DNA of 61,394 bases from Candidatus Methanophagales archaeon (GTDB lineage: Archaea; Halobacteriota; Syntropharchaeia; Alkanophagales; Methanospirareceae). Positions 19,125 through 29,353 of the stretch are shown here, one piece after another. Position 1 is the first letter of the stretch, and every line of letters begins with the position of its first letter. The notes beneath the pieces were generated by a model. It was not told where the DNA came from. It saw nothing but the letters and a program-made list of their open reading frames with translations, and ran no database searches. Position numbers and translations under genes: made by a program. The stretch spans positions 1-61,394 of the forward strand of contig JANJFQ010000001.1 of the NCBI GenBank assembly GCA_025435355.1, read 5' to 3'.

Positions 19125-20063
19125 ATGGGCGTAAAAGAATCCTTAGAAAAAGCGATAATGGATAAAAGAACGCTGGTTGTGGTAATAGTTATAGCGATTT
19201 TGTGGCGGACGGCTATAAGCCTTGACAAAGAGATAGCGCTTTGGGAAAGTATGTGCTCAGGTGTTGCTCTTTTCATCATGGGCTGGACTCTCTTCGGTTA
19301 CCTGTATCACATGTCCCTGAAAGAGACGAGCTGGTTAATTTCGAATAAGATGTTTCAGGGGATTGCCGTTAGCCTATGCACCTTAAATGCTTACGTTCTT
19401 GTTTACTATGGGATGAGATGGTATAGATTAATGAGTGAAACGGAAGCTTATATGCCAATGGATTACCTTCTTAGAAATATGAGATACGCCATGTTAGTGC
19501 TGGCTTATTGTGGCATAATATGGTCGGCGGGTTACCTGAAAAAGATGCACGATAATTATATGCTGATAACCAAAGAAATTCCAGAGATGCATAAAGGAGT
19601 CATAAGAGACGCATTATTCAAAATTATAACTGATGAGCGAACGGTGATAGTGATAATAGGCATAGCGTTTTTATGGCGAACCGCTGTAAGCCTTGACAAA
19701 GAGATAATGCTTTGGGAAAGTATGTGCTCAGGTGTTGCTCTTTTCATCATGGGCTGGGTTCTCTTCGGTTACATAAGTTCATTGACCCTGAGGGTGACCA
19801 GACCAAGCATGATGAAGATCTACCAGGGGATTGCCATTGCTCTATGCGCTATAAACATTTATTCTATTGTTTACTACGGAATGAGATGGTATAGAGTGAT
19901 AAGCATGGGAGAGGAAGTCTTAATGCCGCTGGATTTTCTCTTTAGAGACGTAAGATATTTTATGTTAGTGATATTTTATTGCACGGCAATAGTGCTATCG
20001 AAGTATTTAGAAAAAGCATCTGAGGAGTGTGAGTTCCTGATTAAGAAAGAATCGGAGGCTTAA
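19125..20063 (+). CDS. Unknown membrane protein with internal tandem duplication (2 x ~4 TM), paralogue 1
   Basis: Repeat D.RT...LWRT..SLD..I.LWESMCSG.ALFIMGW...YYGMRWY...P.D.L.R..RY occurs twice. Confidence 0.85.
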   Translation: MGVKESLEKAIMDKRTLVVVIVIAILWRTAISLDKEIALWESMCSGVALFIMGWTLFGYLYHMSLKETSWLISNKMFQGIAVSLCTLNAYVLVYYGMRWYRLMSETEAYMPMDYLLRNMRYAMLVLAYCGIIWSAGYLKKMHDNYMLITKEIPEMHKGVIRDALFKIITDERTVIVIIGIAFLWRTAVSLDKEIMLWESMCSGVALFIMGWVLFGYISSLTLRVTRPSMMKIYQGIAIALCAINIYSIVYYGMRWYRVISMGEEVLMPLDFLFRDVRYFMLVIFYCTAIVLSKYLEKASEECEFLIKKESEA

Positions 20064-20070
20064 AATAGAG

Positions 20071-20125
20071 AAATCCCAATAATTACCAAATCCCAAAAAT
20101 TTGGTAGTATTTGTAGTATTGGTAT
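20071..20125. repeat. Short intergenic imperfect inverted repeat with tandem subunits
   Basis: aaatcccaat aattaccaaa tcccaaaaat / ttggtagtat ttgtagtatt ggtat. Confidence 0.4.
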
Positions 20126-20128
20126 GTA

Positions 20129-21088
20129 TTGGGGTTTTCTAAGATGAGCATGAGAGCATTCACATTTAAGGCACTAACAGATGAACGGATATTAATAGTA
20201 ATAATAGGTGTAGCGTTTTTATGGCGAACCGTCGTACGCCTCGACAGTAAGATAGCACTTTGGGAATGTATCTGCTCCGGTATTACTCTTCTCATAATGG
20301 GCTGGCTTCTCTTCGTTTACCTATATTCCATGTCTTTAAAACCGACACGCTGGCCGGTATCGAATAAGATTTATCACGGTATTGCCCTTAGCCTTCTCGT
20401 TATAAATATTTATGTGGTTATTTACTATGGGATGAGATGGTTTGGATTACCGCTTGTAGAAGTTTCCATGCCGCGTGATTACATTTTCAGAGATGTAAGA
20501 TATGTGATGTTCGTGACGTTTTATTGTGCGGTAATATGGTCGACCCGGTATCTCAGAGGGATGCACGAGAATTACAGACTACTAATCAAAGAAAGACCGA
20601 AGAAGTCTGCAAAGAGCATGAAAAAATTTTTATTCAGAGTAATAACGAATGAACGAACATTAATAGCGATAATAGTAGCAGCGATTCTGTGGCGAATAGC
20701 CATAAGCTTTGACTACATTATAACCTTTTGGGAAAGTACGTGCTCATGTATTACTCTGCTCATGATAGGCTGGTTTCTCTTCGGTTACATAAGTGCATTA
20801 ACCGTGAAAGTGAAGGCAACGTTAGAATTAGCTAAAGTCTGCTATGGGCTTGCCCTTGGTCTATGCGCTGTAAACATTTATGCTATTTTTTACTATGGTA
20901 TGAGATGGTATGAAGTGATAGGCATAGTCATGGGAAATGTGCCGGGAATTTATGTGCCTCAGCCACTGGATTTGGTCTTTAGTGGTGTAAGGTATGTCAC
21001 GTTAGTGATATTTTATTGCACAGCAATAGTGTTATCAAAGTATTTAGAAAAGGCATACGAGGACTATACGGTGCCGGTCAAAATGTAA
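20129..21088 (+). CDS. Unknown internally duplicated membrane protein, paralogue 2
   Basis: Same double repeat (LWECICSG / FWESTCSC; YYGMRW twice). True start may be ATG 20144. Confidence 0.85.
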   Translation: MGFSKMSMRAFTFKALTDERILIVIIGVAFLWRTVVRLDSKIALWECICSGITLLIMGWLLFVYLYSMSLKPTRWPVSNKIYHGIALSLLVINIYVVIYYGMRWFGLPLVEVSMPRDYIFRDVRYVMFVTFYCAVIWSTRYLRGMHENYRLLIKERPKKSAKSMKKFLFRVITNERTLIAIIVAAILWRIAISFDYIITFWESTCSCITLLMIGWFLFGYISALTVKVKATLELAKVCYGLALGLCAVNIYAIFYYGMRWYEVIGIVMGNVPGIYVPQPLDLVFSGVRYVTLVIFYCTAIVLSKYLEKAYEDYTVPVKM

Positions 21089-21137
21089 AATGCAAAACGA
21101 GGTTCTTTTGGTAAAGCTTTTCTTTCTAAGAAAAGGT

Positions 21138-21386
21138 TTAAATGCGCAATATGCCTATGTTGTAAAGCAGCGACAATATATATGCCATCACGCAGAAAGC
21201 AAGAAAGGTAATCGCCAGGAAAAGGCCTACATAAAATCCTAAACTCTCCACCTCTACTCCAGGGCAATGCGCCTTTATTGAGTCCACCGCTCTCGGTTCA
21301 TACGAACCTAAACTCAGCGTGAGCCTCATTGTGTCCGCTGGACATTTAACAAAACATTTCAATGCAGTAATGAATTTACTCTCCAT
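21138..21386 (-). CDS. Small Cys-containing single-TM protein (distant D3-tail-like family)
   Basis: Paralogue of 34594..34860 (KCF..CP..T.RL, CP.VEVESLG.Y.GLF); conserved upstream BRE/TATA. Confidence 0.75.
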   Translation of the reverse strand: MESKFITALKCFVKCPADTMRLTLSLGSYEPRAVDSIKAHCPGVEVESLGFYVGLFLAITFLAFCVMAYILSLLYNIGILRI

Positions 21387-21517
21387 CCCCTTTCACCTGT
21401 CCTCATATTCGTAACTTATGACTTATAAATATTTCGATATTTATGATATGTATATAAATGAGATATAGAGAAAAAAACGAAAAAATAATATATTTAAATC
21501 TCTAAGAGAAAAGAAAG

Positions 21518-21910
21518 ATGAAAGTAAGAGAAATAATGAGCCGTCCAATCATCGCTGAAGATGAAGACACGTTGGTCACTAAAATAGCGGAAGATATGGA
21601 CGAGTTGGGAATTGGGAGTGTAGTGATAACAAAGGAAAATAAACCTGCGGGAATTATTACTGAGCGCGACATAGCATTAAAAGTTCTATTAAAGAATAGG
21701 TGGGTAAGCGAGGTGAAAGCAAAAGAAATAATGGCATTCCCTTTGGTCACCATCGAGCCGGAAGCATCAATAGACGAAGCGTGCCGGCTCGCAGCGAGGA
21801 AGCGCATAAAAAGACTGCCGGTGGTTGAAAATGGGATGCTCATAGGCATTGTAAGCATTCGGGACCTATTGACGAGGAAGCCAGAGTATGTAAGAGAATT
21901 CTATTTCTAA
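21518..21910 (+). CDS. CBS domain pair protein
   Basis: Paralogue of 13187..13612; MKVREIMS, GIITERDI, KRLPVV. Confidence 0.92.
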   Translation: MKVREIMSRPIIAEDEDTLVTKIAEDMDELGIGSVVITKENKPAGIITERDIALKVLLKNRWVSEVKAKEIMAFPLVTIEPEASIDEACRLAARKRIKRLPVVENGMLIGIVSIRDLLTRKPEYVREFYF

Positions 21911-22018
21911 AGTTGGAGGAATATGCTTATACAGATTTAAAGAAAGGTTTTTTAATTATACAAAGTCTTAAATAAAGATGAAACGAAAAAGTGCCTCAGT
22001 TGATAACATGATGTTGCT

Positions 22019-22300
22019 ATGAACAAAAAAAAAACGGTTGTAAAAAATGATAAAATGGCTGATAAAGAGCCTGGGGGAAAAGAGAAAAAGATTGTCGAGC
22101 TTATAGCTTCCGTCCAGAGAGCGGGAGATGAAAGAGGAAAGCGGATTTATTTCGACAGTAAGAGCATAGAAGAGATAAGAGAGAAATGCGGCGATGACTT
22201 CTTCTTGCTCAATGAAAGGACTTTACTTGTCTTCGTTGACCCCGCGGAGGAGAAGATCACGCTCACTTCGCTCAAGGGCGTTTACAAGAAGTACCTTTAA
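22019..22300 (+). CDS. Hypothetical protein, weakly AbrB/SpoVT-like
   Basis: SVQRAG...RIYF...I pattern resembles a swapped-hairpin fold; overlaps the opposite-strand ORF by 78 bp. Confidence 0.45.
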   Translation: MNKKKTVVKNDKMADKEPGGKEKKIVELIASVQRAGDERGKRIYFDSKSIEEIREKCGDDFFLLNERTLLVFVDPAEEKITLTSLKGVYKKYL

Positions 22301-22414
22301 TTTCTCCGCTTGCTCCTTCGTTAATTCGATGTCCACCCTGCCAAAAGTGATGATTATGTTGCTGCCCACCATTACCTGCACGTCTATCTCCATATTTCTT
22401 CTCCCCCTATACAA
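22223..22414 (-). CDS. Small hypothetical protein downstream of the KaiC-like ATPase
   Basis: Overlaps the ATPase stop; purine-rich RBS before MEIDVQ; beta-beta-helix pattern. Confidence 0.45.
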   Translation of the reverse strand: MYRGRRNMEIDVQVMVGSNIIITFGRVDIELTKEQAEKLKVLLVNALERSERDLLLRGVNEDK

Positions 22415-23795
22415 TAGCAGTAAGCTTTATCTTGAGACTATCATTACTAACAAAGTTCTCCAAGCAATGCAGCTTGGTATCAGGGCGATTGCAATAAAGG
22501 ATAACACTTCTATCGAGCACGGTCAACTTCAGGTGCACTGACGACAGGTGAATCAGCTCACTGCTCAGCACAAGCTCTGGAGTCACTCCAAATACACCTA
22601 CATTGTCCACCTCCCTTGTATCTACCATCAACTGGGATAACATCCCCACCATTTCACCTACTTTCCCTCTCTCCTTCAGTTGGTAGGGATACACCAGCGT
22701 ATCCGCCCCGATAATTACCATGACCGGCGGCTCCAAATCAGAAATGAAGTCCCGGAATTTGAAAATGTCCTCATTCATCAAGTCTCCTTTCAATATTTTC
22801 ACATTATCTCTCTCTCCTTCCTCCTTTTCTGGACCTATCTCGAAGACCGTGAAGAACTTAGTATAATCCTCTTCGCTTACAAAAGGCAATATCCCTCTTC
22901 TCAATCTCCTCTCATCCCACCCACAACACGGGATACATACACAATGATTCTCTTGCTGGATACTGTTTATAATCATGTGTGCGATAATGGACTGGTAACC
23001 CAAAATGGACATGTCATTCCCGGCTTCTATAATATTAAAGCTTCCCTTTCTGAATCCCCCACCCAGGATTTTATCTAACTCTATTATCCCGGTAGACAGG
23101 TAAGTGCGGGTATTTGGCACAACCGCTACTCTTCTCGGCTTCTCTATTCTCCGCCGCTGGTAAGGTTTTAAATAGGTAAATCTACCCCCATCTAAGCTGA
23201 ATGCGTATTTCGGCTGGTCTATTCGAACACCCCTTAATTTTTCTATCTCTAATTCCCTTGCCCTCCGGTACTCCATTGTTAGGCGCCTGAGCGTTACTAT
23301 CCCATCCACCATGTAATCAAGCGAAGAAATCCCAAGACTTTCTGACACGAGTATCAATTTCATTTCGACATGCCTTGCTAATTCCGTTATTGCCGCTTCC
23401 AGTGCTTCAGTCTTTTCCTTATCCATCTGAGATGTTATCGCTTCCCAGCTATCAATTACAACGGTAGCGGGTTTTTCTATTTTACCCAACCTCGTGTAAA
23501 GAATATCGGGGAAAGATTGCACTCCAGGAATTATATCCGAAGATACGTAGAACTTCGTCGCATCTATCAGGTTCAGTGGGCTGACACATTCGTCCAGCCA
23601 GGGGAATTGGTCATAAAGGGCGTGCGTGGAGACCCTGGCTGAAAGATAAACGGCGTTAGCTTCACCCAATTCGCCAAGCATCTCAAGTGCGAATATTGTT
23701 TTACCCGTGCCCGGCTCCCCCTTTATCAGCAGGGAATAACCCCTTCCCACAGACTGCGCCACTACCAACTCAGGAGGTATTTTTGATTCCATCAT
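22407..23795 (-). CDS. KaiC/GvpD-like tandem RecA-fold ATPase
   Basis: SLLIKGEPGTGKT Walker A, VIDSWE Walker B, KLRG; second domain STGIIELDKILGGG lacks a canonical Walker A. Confidence 0.85.
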   Translation of the reverse strand: MMESKIPPELVVAQSVGRGYSLLIKGEPGTGKTIFALEMLGELGEANAVYLSARVSTHALYDQFPWLDECVSPLNLIDATKFYVSSDIIPGVQSFPDILYTRLGKIEKPATVVIDSWEAITSQMDKEKTEALEAAITELARHVEMKLILVSESLGISSLDYMVDGIVTLRRLTMEYRRARELEIEKLRGVRIDQPKYAFSLDGGRFTYLKPYQRRRIEKPRRVAVVPNTRTYLSTGIIELDKILGGGFRKGSFNIIEAGNDMSILGYQSIIAHMIINSIQQENHCVCIPCCGWDERRLRRGILPFVSEEDYTKFFTVFEIGPEKEEGERDNVKILKGDLMNEDIFKFRDFISDLEPPVMVIIGADTLVYPYQLKERGKVGEMVGMLSQLMVDTREVDNVGVFGVTPELVLSSELIHLSSVHLKLTVLDRSVILYCNRPDTKLHCLENFVSNDSLKIKLTAIV

Positions 23796-23995
23796 GATTA
23801 TAATAGTAAATAGTACATTTATATAAAAGTAGGTAGCGTCCGTTGGTCAAATGTTTCCTCAAACGCTTTTTTAAATTTCTGATATGAAAAGGCTCTTTGG
23901 TGATTTCAATGGAAGAAGCGAGGAAGTTTCGGGTAACGAGAACAGCAGATAACCAAAATCCTCTCTGGCAGACCGTCGCAAACCCGCCCATGTAG

Positions 23996-25864
23996 TCATT
24001 TTATAAGCCACCCATGTATAAACATAGCTATCAAATACAAAGCGATAAAGATAAGCACCAGTAGCATTGCATTCCCTATGTTCAATCTTACCATTGGTTC
24101 TTCTGCCGGTTGCCTCTTCTTCACCTCCTCCAAATCTCGCTCATATTCCGCAGCCCTTTCTGCAGTAGCAATAGGTTTCTCCACCTTTAGCCTTGCTTCT
24201 TCTCCCTTTATTCTCAACGCAGCCATTGGATTCCTGCTGACCCAGACAAAAAACCCTGCCATTCTCATTACATTATGGTCAATGTAGTTTGCAAACGCCA
24301 TCAGCGGTCCTTCGCAGAACCATATAACTCTTTTCCCCGTTATCCGGTAGAACCAGTCGGTATCAAGCGTAATTGTCGGCGTACCATGAAGCATTCCCCT
24401 TAGCAGCCAAAACGCTACAAATGTGAACAGAAGGAGCTGGCTCATTGCTACCACATGACCCGCCGCAAAGGGTTCATAATGAACTGGATACGGAAGCATG
24501 TTGTAAAGTATTTTTGGATACACACCGAGAAGTGTGCACAAAAACGCGGTTATGCCCATTGCCGCGAGCATATTCTTAGGTGGCTCTCTTGCCTCGCATA
24601 CTGGCTCCTCTCTTGCAAACCACGCGCCCCAGGGAAGTTTTAGACCTGTATGCAGGAAGGTTCCTATTGAGGCGCCTTCGAGCATCAGCCATATAATTGA
24701 ATAATGCCACATCGCAGAGGCAGTAACAATCATTGTCTTACTCACGAATCCGTTGAATAGAGGAAATCCTGAAATCGAAAATGCACCTATCATGTAAAGC
24801 CAAAAAGTGATGGGCATGTATTTGTATATGCCACCCAGTTCGGTCAGTTTGCTTCTTCCCGTTACCTCTATTATTGCACCCATGCCCATGAAAAGTAACG
24901 CCTTATACAAAATATGACAGAAAGCATGTGCAGCCGCACCGTTTAGCGCCATTTCTCCAGCCGCAGTGCCAAAAACACCCATTCCCACTCCACACACCAT
25001 GTATCCTACCTGGGAGATGATGTGATAAGCTAAAAGTCTTCTTATATCATTCTCAAGCACTGCGTAAACAACCCCGTACACCGCCATTATCGCTCCTAAC
25101 CATATCAGAATCTCAACACCCGGGAAACCCCTTATCAGCACGTATATCGCACTCTTTGTGGTAAATGCGGTTAGAAACACCGCACCGGTAACAGTCGCTT
25201 CTGGATACGCATCAGCCAGCCACGCGTGTAAAGGTGGCACGGCGGCATTTATGATAAAGGCGGTAAACACGAGGTAAGAAGCCAGATACTCACTCCCCAG
25301 CCCCCATCCAAAAGCTTCAAAGGCGATGGAACCCGTGTTTTGCAGTTGTAAAACTACTCCCCCTAACAGACATATACCACCGAAAAAGTGCACCATGATG
25401 TATCGGAACCCCGCACCATAAGCTGCTTTTGTCCTTCGATACCAGATGAGGAATAGCGAAGACCATGCCATCACCTCCCAGAAGAAGAACAGAACAAAAA
25501 GGTCACCTGCGAAAACCACGCCCAGCGTGCTCCCAACGTAGAAGAAAGCGGCTACATGCTGCCAATTCTCCTTTATGTGAATTGCATAAAGAATCATGCA
25601 AAAGGATGCAATCACAAATATATATGCAAAAACCATGCTCAGCCGGTCTATTCTGCCGAAGGTAAGTTCATATCCTAAGAAAGAAAGGAACCATGTTTTC
25701 CCTTCTGACAGAAGCACGCCTCTCGACATGAGCAGAAGGTTTATAAATGCTACTGCCGGGAGTAAGAGCAGATATGCCTGTTTCACTCTCATTTTTCCCC
25801 GTAAAACGGGTATTAGCAGTGACCCAAAGATGTATATGAGTCCCGGGTGAAACCACTCAATCAT
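23996..25864 (-). CDS. Antiporter-like subunit, D3 class
   Basis: MIEWFHPG start; FWEVMA, NAAVPPLHAWL, YHIISQVGY, AHAFCHILYKALLF. Confidence 0.9.
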   Translation of the reverse strand: MIEWFHPGLIYIFGSLLIPVLRGKMRVKQAYLLLLPAVAFINLLLMSRGVLLSEGKTWFLSFLGYELTFGRIDRLSMVFAYIFVIASFCMILYAIHIKENWQHVAAFFYVGSTLGVVFAGDLFVLFFFWEVMAWSSLFLIWYRRTKAAYGAGFRYIMVHFFGGICLLGGVVLQLQNTGSIAFEAFGWGLGSEYLASYLVFTAFIINAAVPPLHAWLADAYPEATVTGAVFLTAFTTKSAIYVLIRGFPGVEILIWLGAIMAVYGVVYAVLENDIRRLLAYHIISQVGYMVCGVGMGVFGTAAGEMALNGAAAHAFCHILYKALLFMGMGAIIEVTGRSKLTELGGIYKYMPITFWLYMIGAFSISGFPLFNGFVSKTMIVTASAMWHYSIIWLMLEGASIGTFLHTGLKLPWGAWFAREEPVCEAREPPKNMLAAMGITAFLCTLLGVYPKILYNMLPYPVHYEPFAAGHVVAMSQLLLFTFVAFWLLRGMLHGTPTITLDTDWFYRITGKRVIWFCEGPLMAFANYIDHNVMRMAGFFVWVSRNPMAALRIKGEEARLKVEKPIATAERAAEYERDLEEVKKRQPAEEPMVRLNIGNAMLLVLIFIALYLIAMFIHGWLIK

Positions 25865-26105
25865 AGTAATCCTCCTCCTTCTGAAGCCAGTGATGTCCAA
25901 GCGCTTTTGACGCAACGATGATGATGATACAGCCGATAAAGCCGTAGATTGCGCTGAAAACGGGTAATTTCTCCCACCAGAAATGCGGATGGAGAAGGTG
26001 TAAATGATAAACGAGAACGCCTGCTAATACACCCGCCGCGAGACTGACATAAAGCATCAAAAACAAATGCCTCATCGTTATTTTCATCTTTGTCTCTTTA
26101 CACAC
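25857..26105 (-). CDS. Small 2-TM Mrp-cassette protein
   Basis: Nearly identical to 38278..38514; lies between D2 and D3. True start may be a few codons downstream. Confidence 0.85.
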   Translation of the reverse strand: MCKETKMKITMRHLFLMLYVSLAAGVLAGVLVYHLHLLHPHFWWEKLPVFSAIYGFIGCIIIIVASKALGHHWLQKEEDYYD

Positions 26106-27615
26106 CTCCTAAATTGCTGACTGCCATCTCTGCAAGATTTAAGATTACGTCTGTAACAGGATTTGGGAAACAAAAAATGATGGCGAAGATTGCGGTTATT
26201 GTTAAGGGAACGACCATGAACATAGAAGATTCTTTTATTTTTGGTTTTCCATCGCTCAAACCAGATTCTGATCCTTCCGACTTGCCAAAGAACGCGGTAT
26301 ATATAATAGGGAAAAAATAAACGACATCGAGCAGGGAACTTATCAGGATAACAGCTAAGAAAATCAGCTCGCCGGCTTCCAATGTTCCCAGACAAAGGAA
26401 CCATTTACTTACGAATCCACACGCCGGTGGCGCTCCGCACATTCCAAGCGCACCCACGGTAAATGCAAACATTGTTACTGGCATCGTTCGTCCTATGCCG
26501 CCCATCTCGCTTATGTTCCTCTTTCCCGATGCTACCATTATGGAACCCGCACACATAAAGAGGGTTATCTTCATGAATCCATGAAAGGGGATGTGAATCA
26601 TTGCCCCTGTTATACCCATGGGACCTAATAACGCCACACCGAAGATGATGTAAGACAACTGGCTTATCGTGGAATACGCAAGTCTTCTTTTCAGGTTGTC
26701 CTGTGCAATCGCAAACAGAGAAGCGACAATCATCGTAAAAGATGCTAAACAAGCGAGTATCACGCCAAGACCTAGTTCGCTCATCAAATCCACGCCATAT
26801 ATGTAACACACCAGCCGCACAATTCCAAATACGCCCGCCTTTACCACTGCTACCGCATGTAAAAGCGCACTTACAGGCGTTGGTGCCGCCATTGCAGTGG
26901 GAAGCCACGAGTGGAAAGGCATCCACGCTGCTTTCATGAACCCCAGCAGGAATAACATGAACAATACCATCAGTGCCGCTCGTGATGCTTCAGAAGCAAG
27001 GTTTGGTATTCCTCCACTCACAAAATCCGTCGTTCCTGCAAAATGGTAGGTTAAAACCACAGCAGCTAAGAAGAAACAGCCTGAGGAAAGCAGATACGCT
27101 AAATATTTACGACCTGCAAATAGCGCTTCCGGTGTCTGGTCATGCGCCACTAACGGATACGTTGAGACCGTTAATATCTCATAAAAGACGAACATCGTGA
27201 GCAGGTTCCCGGAGAGAGCCACACCCACCGCACCGAAAATGGCGAAAGCGAAGCAGAAGTAGTATCGTGTTTGGGCATGCTCGTGCAGCGACCTCATATA
27301 TCCGATGGAGTAAGAGGATACTAGAATCCACAAGAAAGAAGAAGTAATGGCGAAAATAAGCCCAAAGGCATCTACTTCGAAGCCAAAATCAACAGCCGGA
27401 AATGCAGTGAAGAACGTGTATTTGATGACGCCTCCCCCGATAATTGCGGGTATCATGGAGATGATGATAAGAAATTGCATTATGCTTGCGAACATCGTCC
27501 AGCTCTCTCTTATGTTCGGTCGCTTGCCAGATAATACTATAAAGATAGAGGCAATTGCAGGGCATAAGATTGCTAACACCGGTCTATACGATATAGATAT
27601 TAATTCCTCTATCAT
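26098..27615 (-). CDS. Antiporter-like subunit, 'D2' class (MrpA/NuoL-like motif)
   Basis: FYEILT, MKAAWMPFHSWLP, APTPVSALLHAVAVVKAG. Confidence 0.9.
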   Translation of the reverse strand: MIEELISISYRPVLAILCPAIASIFIVLSGKRPNIRESWTMFASIMQFLIIISMIPAIIGGGVIKYTFFTAFPAVDFGFEVDAFGLIFAITSSFLWILVSSYSIGYMRSLHEHAQTRYYFCFAFAIFGAVGVALSGNLLTMFVFYEILTVSTYPLVAHDQTPEALFAGRKYLAYLLSSGCFFLAAVVLTYHFAGTTDFVSGGIPNLASEASRAALMVLFMLFLLGFMKAAWMPFHSWLPTAMAAPTPVSALLHAVAVVKAGVFGIVRLVCYIYGVDLMSELGLGVILACLASFTMIVASLFAIAQDNLKRRLAYSTISQLSYIIFGVALLGPMGITGAMIHIPFHGFMKITLFMCAGSIMVASGKRNISEMGGIGRTMPVTMFAFTVGALGMCGAPPACGFVSKWFLCLGTLEAGELIFLAVILISSLLDVVYFFPIIYTAFFGKSEGSESGLSDGKPKIKESSMFMVVPLTITAIFAIIFCFPNPVTDVILNLAEMAVSNLGGV

Positions 27616-29147
27616 GGTGCTGCATACACCCCCAATCCAAACATTGAATTGACCTGGTCTAATAAGGGTATAGGTATCTCAGTGAGCCAGAGAATACCCA
27701 TGATGATGCAGAGCAAAGCAAGTGTTAATACCGGGATGAGCATGCTAGGTGGTATTTCATCTTTACCTGAACCAGATGGGTGAGAATGACTCTCTTCTCT
27801 CTTCATGTACATCATTTCTATCACGCGCCAGAAATAAACGAGGTTGAGGAGCGTGCTGAGCAGCATAACCGCTACAAATATGAATTTCCCGGATTCCAAA
27901 GAAGCAAGTATTATATACACCTTCGACACAAATCCCACGCTCGGCGGCACACCTATCATTGAAATCGCCGCTAACGTAAACGCTGCACAGGTATAGGGCA
28001 TTTTCCTACCCAAACCCTGAAAATCTGCTATATTCCACAATTCCGCCTTGTAAATAAAAGCACCGGCAACCAGAAACAAACATCCCTTCATCAATGCGTG
28101 GTTCAATATGTGCATCAATGCCGGGGTCAGCCCACCCCAAAGGGGTGAGTGTGTGGAAATGGCAAGACCAACCGCAAGCATGATGTAGCCCATTTGCGAA
28201 ACTGAGGAATAAGCAAGCATCCGTTTCAAATTATACTGCGCTATTGCAAGTATAGAACCCACGATTATGCCTATCGCCGCTATCCAGCAAAGAAAATCGA
28301 ATATGATGGGTACGTAATCTGTGATAAATTTCAGCGTGAATACGGAAAAACAGACCCTTATGAATGCGTATGTGGAGACCTCGATGATTATACCGGAAAG
28401 TAGTGCGCTTATCTCCGAAGGTGCAAAGGCATGTGCATCTGGTAACCACGTATGAAGCGGGAATAGCGCCATTTTTATGCTTAGCCCAACCATGAAAAAA
28501 GCAAAAGCCGCCTGAACTACCTTATTCCCATATAAAGAAGGCAATAAGAGCGATAGGTCGTGCATGTTCAGCGAACCCGTTACCGAATATAAAAATCCTA
28601 TCCCCAGCAAGAAGAAACAAGCACCAATAGAACCCAGCACAAGATAAGTGAAGCTCGCTTTCAGCGCTATTTTACCCCTCGATGCTATTAACGCATACGA
28701 AGATAGGGACGTTATCTCGATGAACACGTACATGTTAAATATATCGCCGGTCACGGTTATACCGCACAGACCAGTAATGAGGAGTTGATAAATGACATAA
28801 AAAGGGACAATTTTATGAGGCAGTTCGTGCTCTATGCTCCTCTTTGAATACGTGACACATATCAAAGCTAAGAATAGAAGTATGACCAATGCATAAGCAT
28901 TCAAAGCATCCACGACATATTCTATACCCCATGGCGGGCTCCATCCTCCAAGCCAGTAACGTATAGTTCCTACGGTACGGACATAATGCAGGATAAAAAC
29001 AGCCATGACGAATTGAACGAGAATGGTTGCGATGGAGATAAAACAGCACGATTTCTTGTTCAGCCGGCCAGCAATCAAGATAGTGAATGCGGAAAACAGA
29101 GATATTACAATCACAAGCACCGGGAAATGTTCAACTGCTGTCAGCAT
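27612..29147 (-). CDS. Antiporter-like subunit, 'D1' class MrpD
   Basis: GGWSPPWGIE, GDIFNMYVFIEI, IKMALFPLHTWLP, NHALMKG. Confidence 0.9.
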   Translation of the reverse strand: MLTAVEHFPVLVIVISLFSAFTILIAGRLNKKSCCFISIATILVQFVMAVFILHYVRTVGTIRYWLGGWSPPWGIEYVVDALNAYALVILLFLALICVTYSKRSIEHELPHKIVPFYVIYQLLITGLCGITVTGDIFNMYVFIEITSLSSYALIASRGKIALKASFTYLVLGSIGACFFLLGIGFLYSVTGSLNMHDLSLLLPSLYGNKVVQAAFAFFMVGLSIKMALFPLHTWLPDAHAFAPSEISALLSGIIIEVSTYAFIRVCFSVFTLKFITDYVPIIFDFLCWIAAIGIIVGSILAIAQYNLKRMLAYSSVSQMGYIMLAVGLAISTHSPLWGGLTPALMHILNHALMKGCLFLVAGAFIYKAELWNIADFQGLGRKMPYTCAAFTLAAISMIGVPPSVGFVSKVYIILASLESGKFIFVAVMLLSTLLNLVYFWRVIEMMYMKREESHSHPSGSGKDEIPPSMLIPVLTLALLCIIMGILWLTEIPIPLLDQVNSMFGLGVYAAP

Positions 29148-29169
29148 CAGAATTGTTTATAGGAAACAA

Positions 29170-29214
29170 AATATATAAAGATATCCCTTTTTCTCCACGG
29201 GACACCGGTGACAC
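29170..29214 (-). promoter_or_regulatory. D1-cassette promoter: TATA box plus upstream GTGTCACCG-GTGTCCCGT motif
   Basis: Same layout as 41678..41724 and partly 44911..44941. Confidence 0.6.
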
Positions 29215-29353
29215 GCTGAAAACTGCAAGAAATTTCTCTTGCTTTTTGCGTTACACCCCAGCTCGAAATGGCGAAGATGTAAAAACCGAAATATATTTAT
29301 ACACTCATTCAAATTAAAATAATAGCCGGAAGGATAGGAGTTTTCAGATAAAG

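Noticed and set aside
23800..23995. Intergenic region as ncRNA, or ORF 23770..23991
   Set aside because: No convincing structure or motif; it contains a TATA-like element for the ATPase gene.
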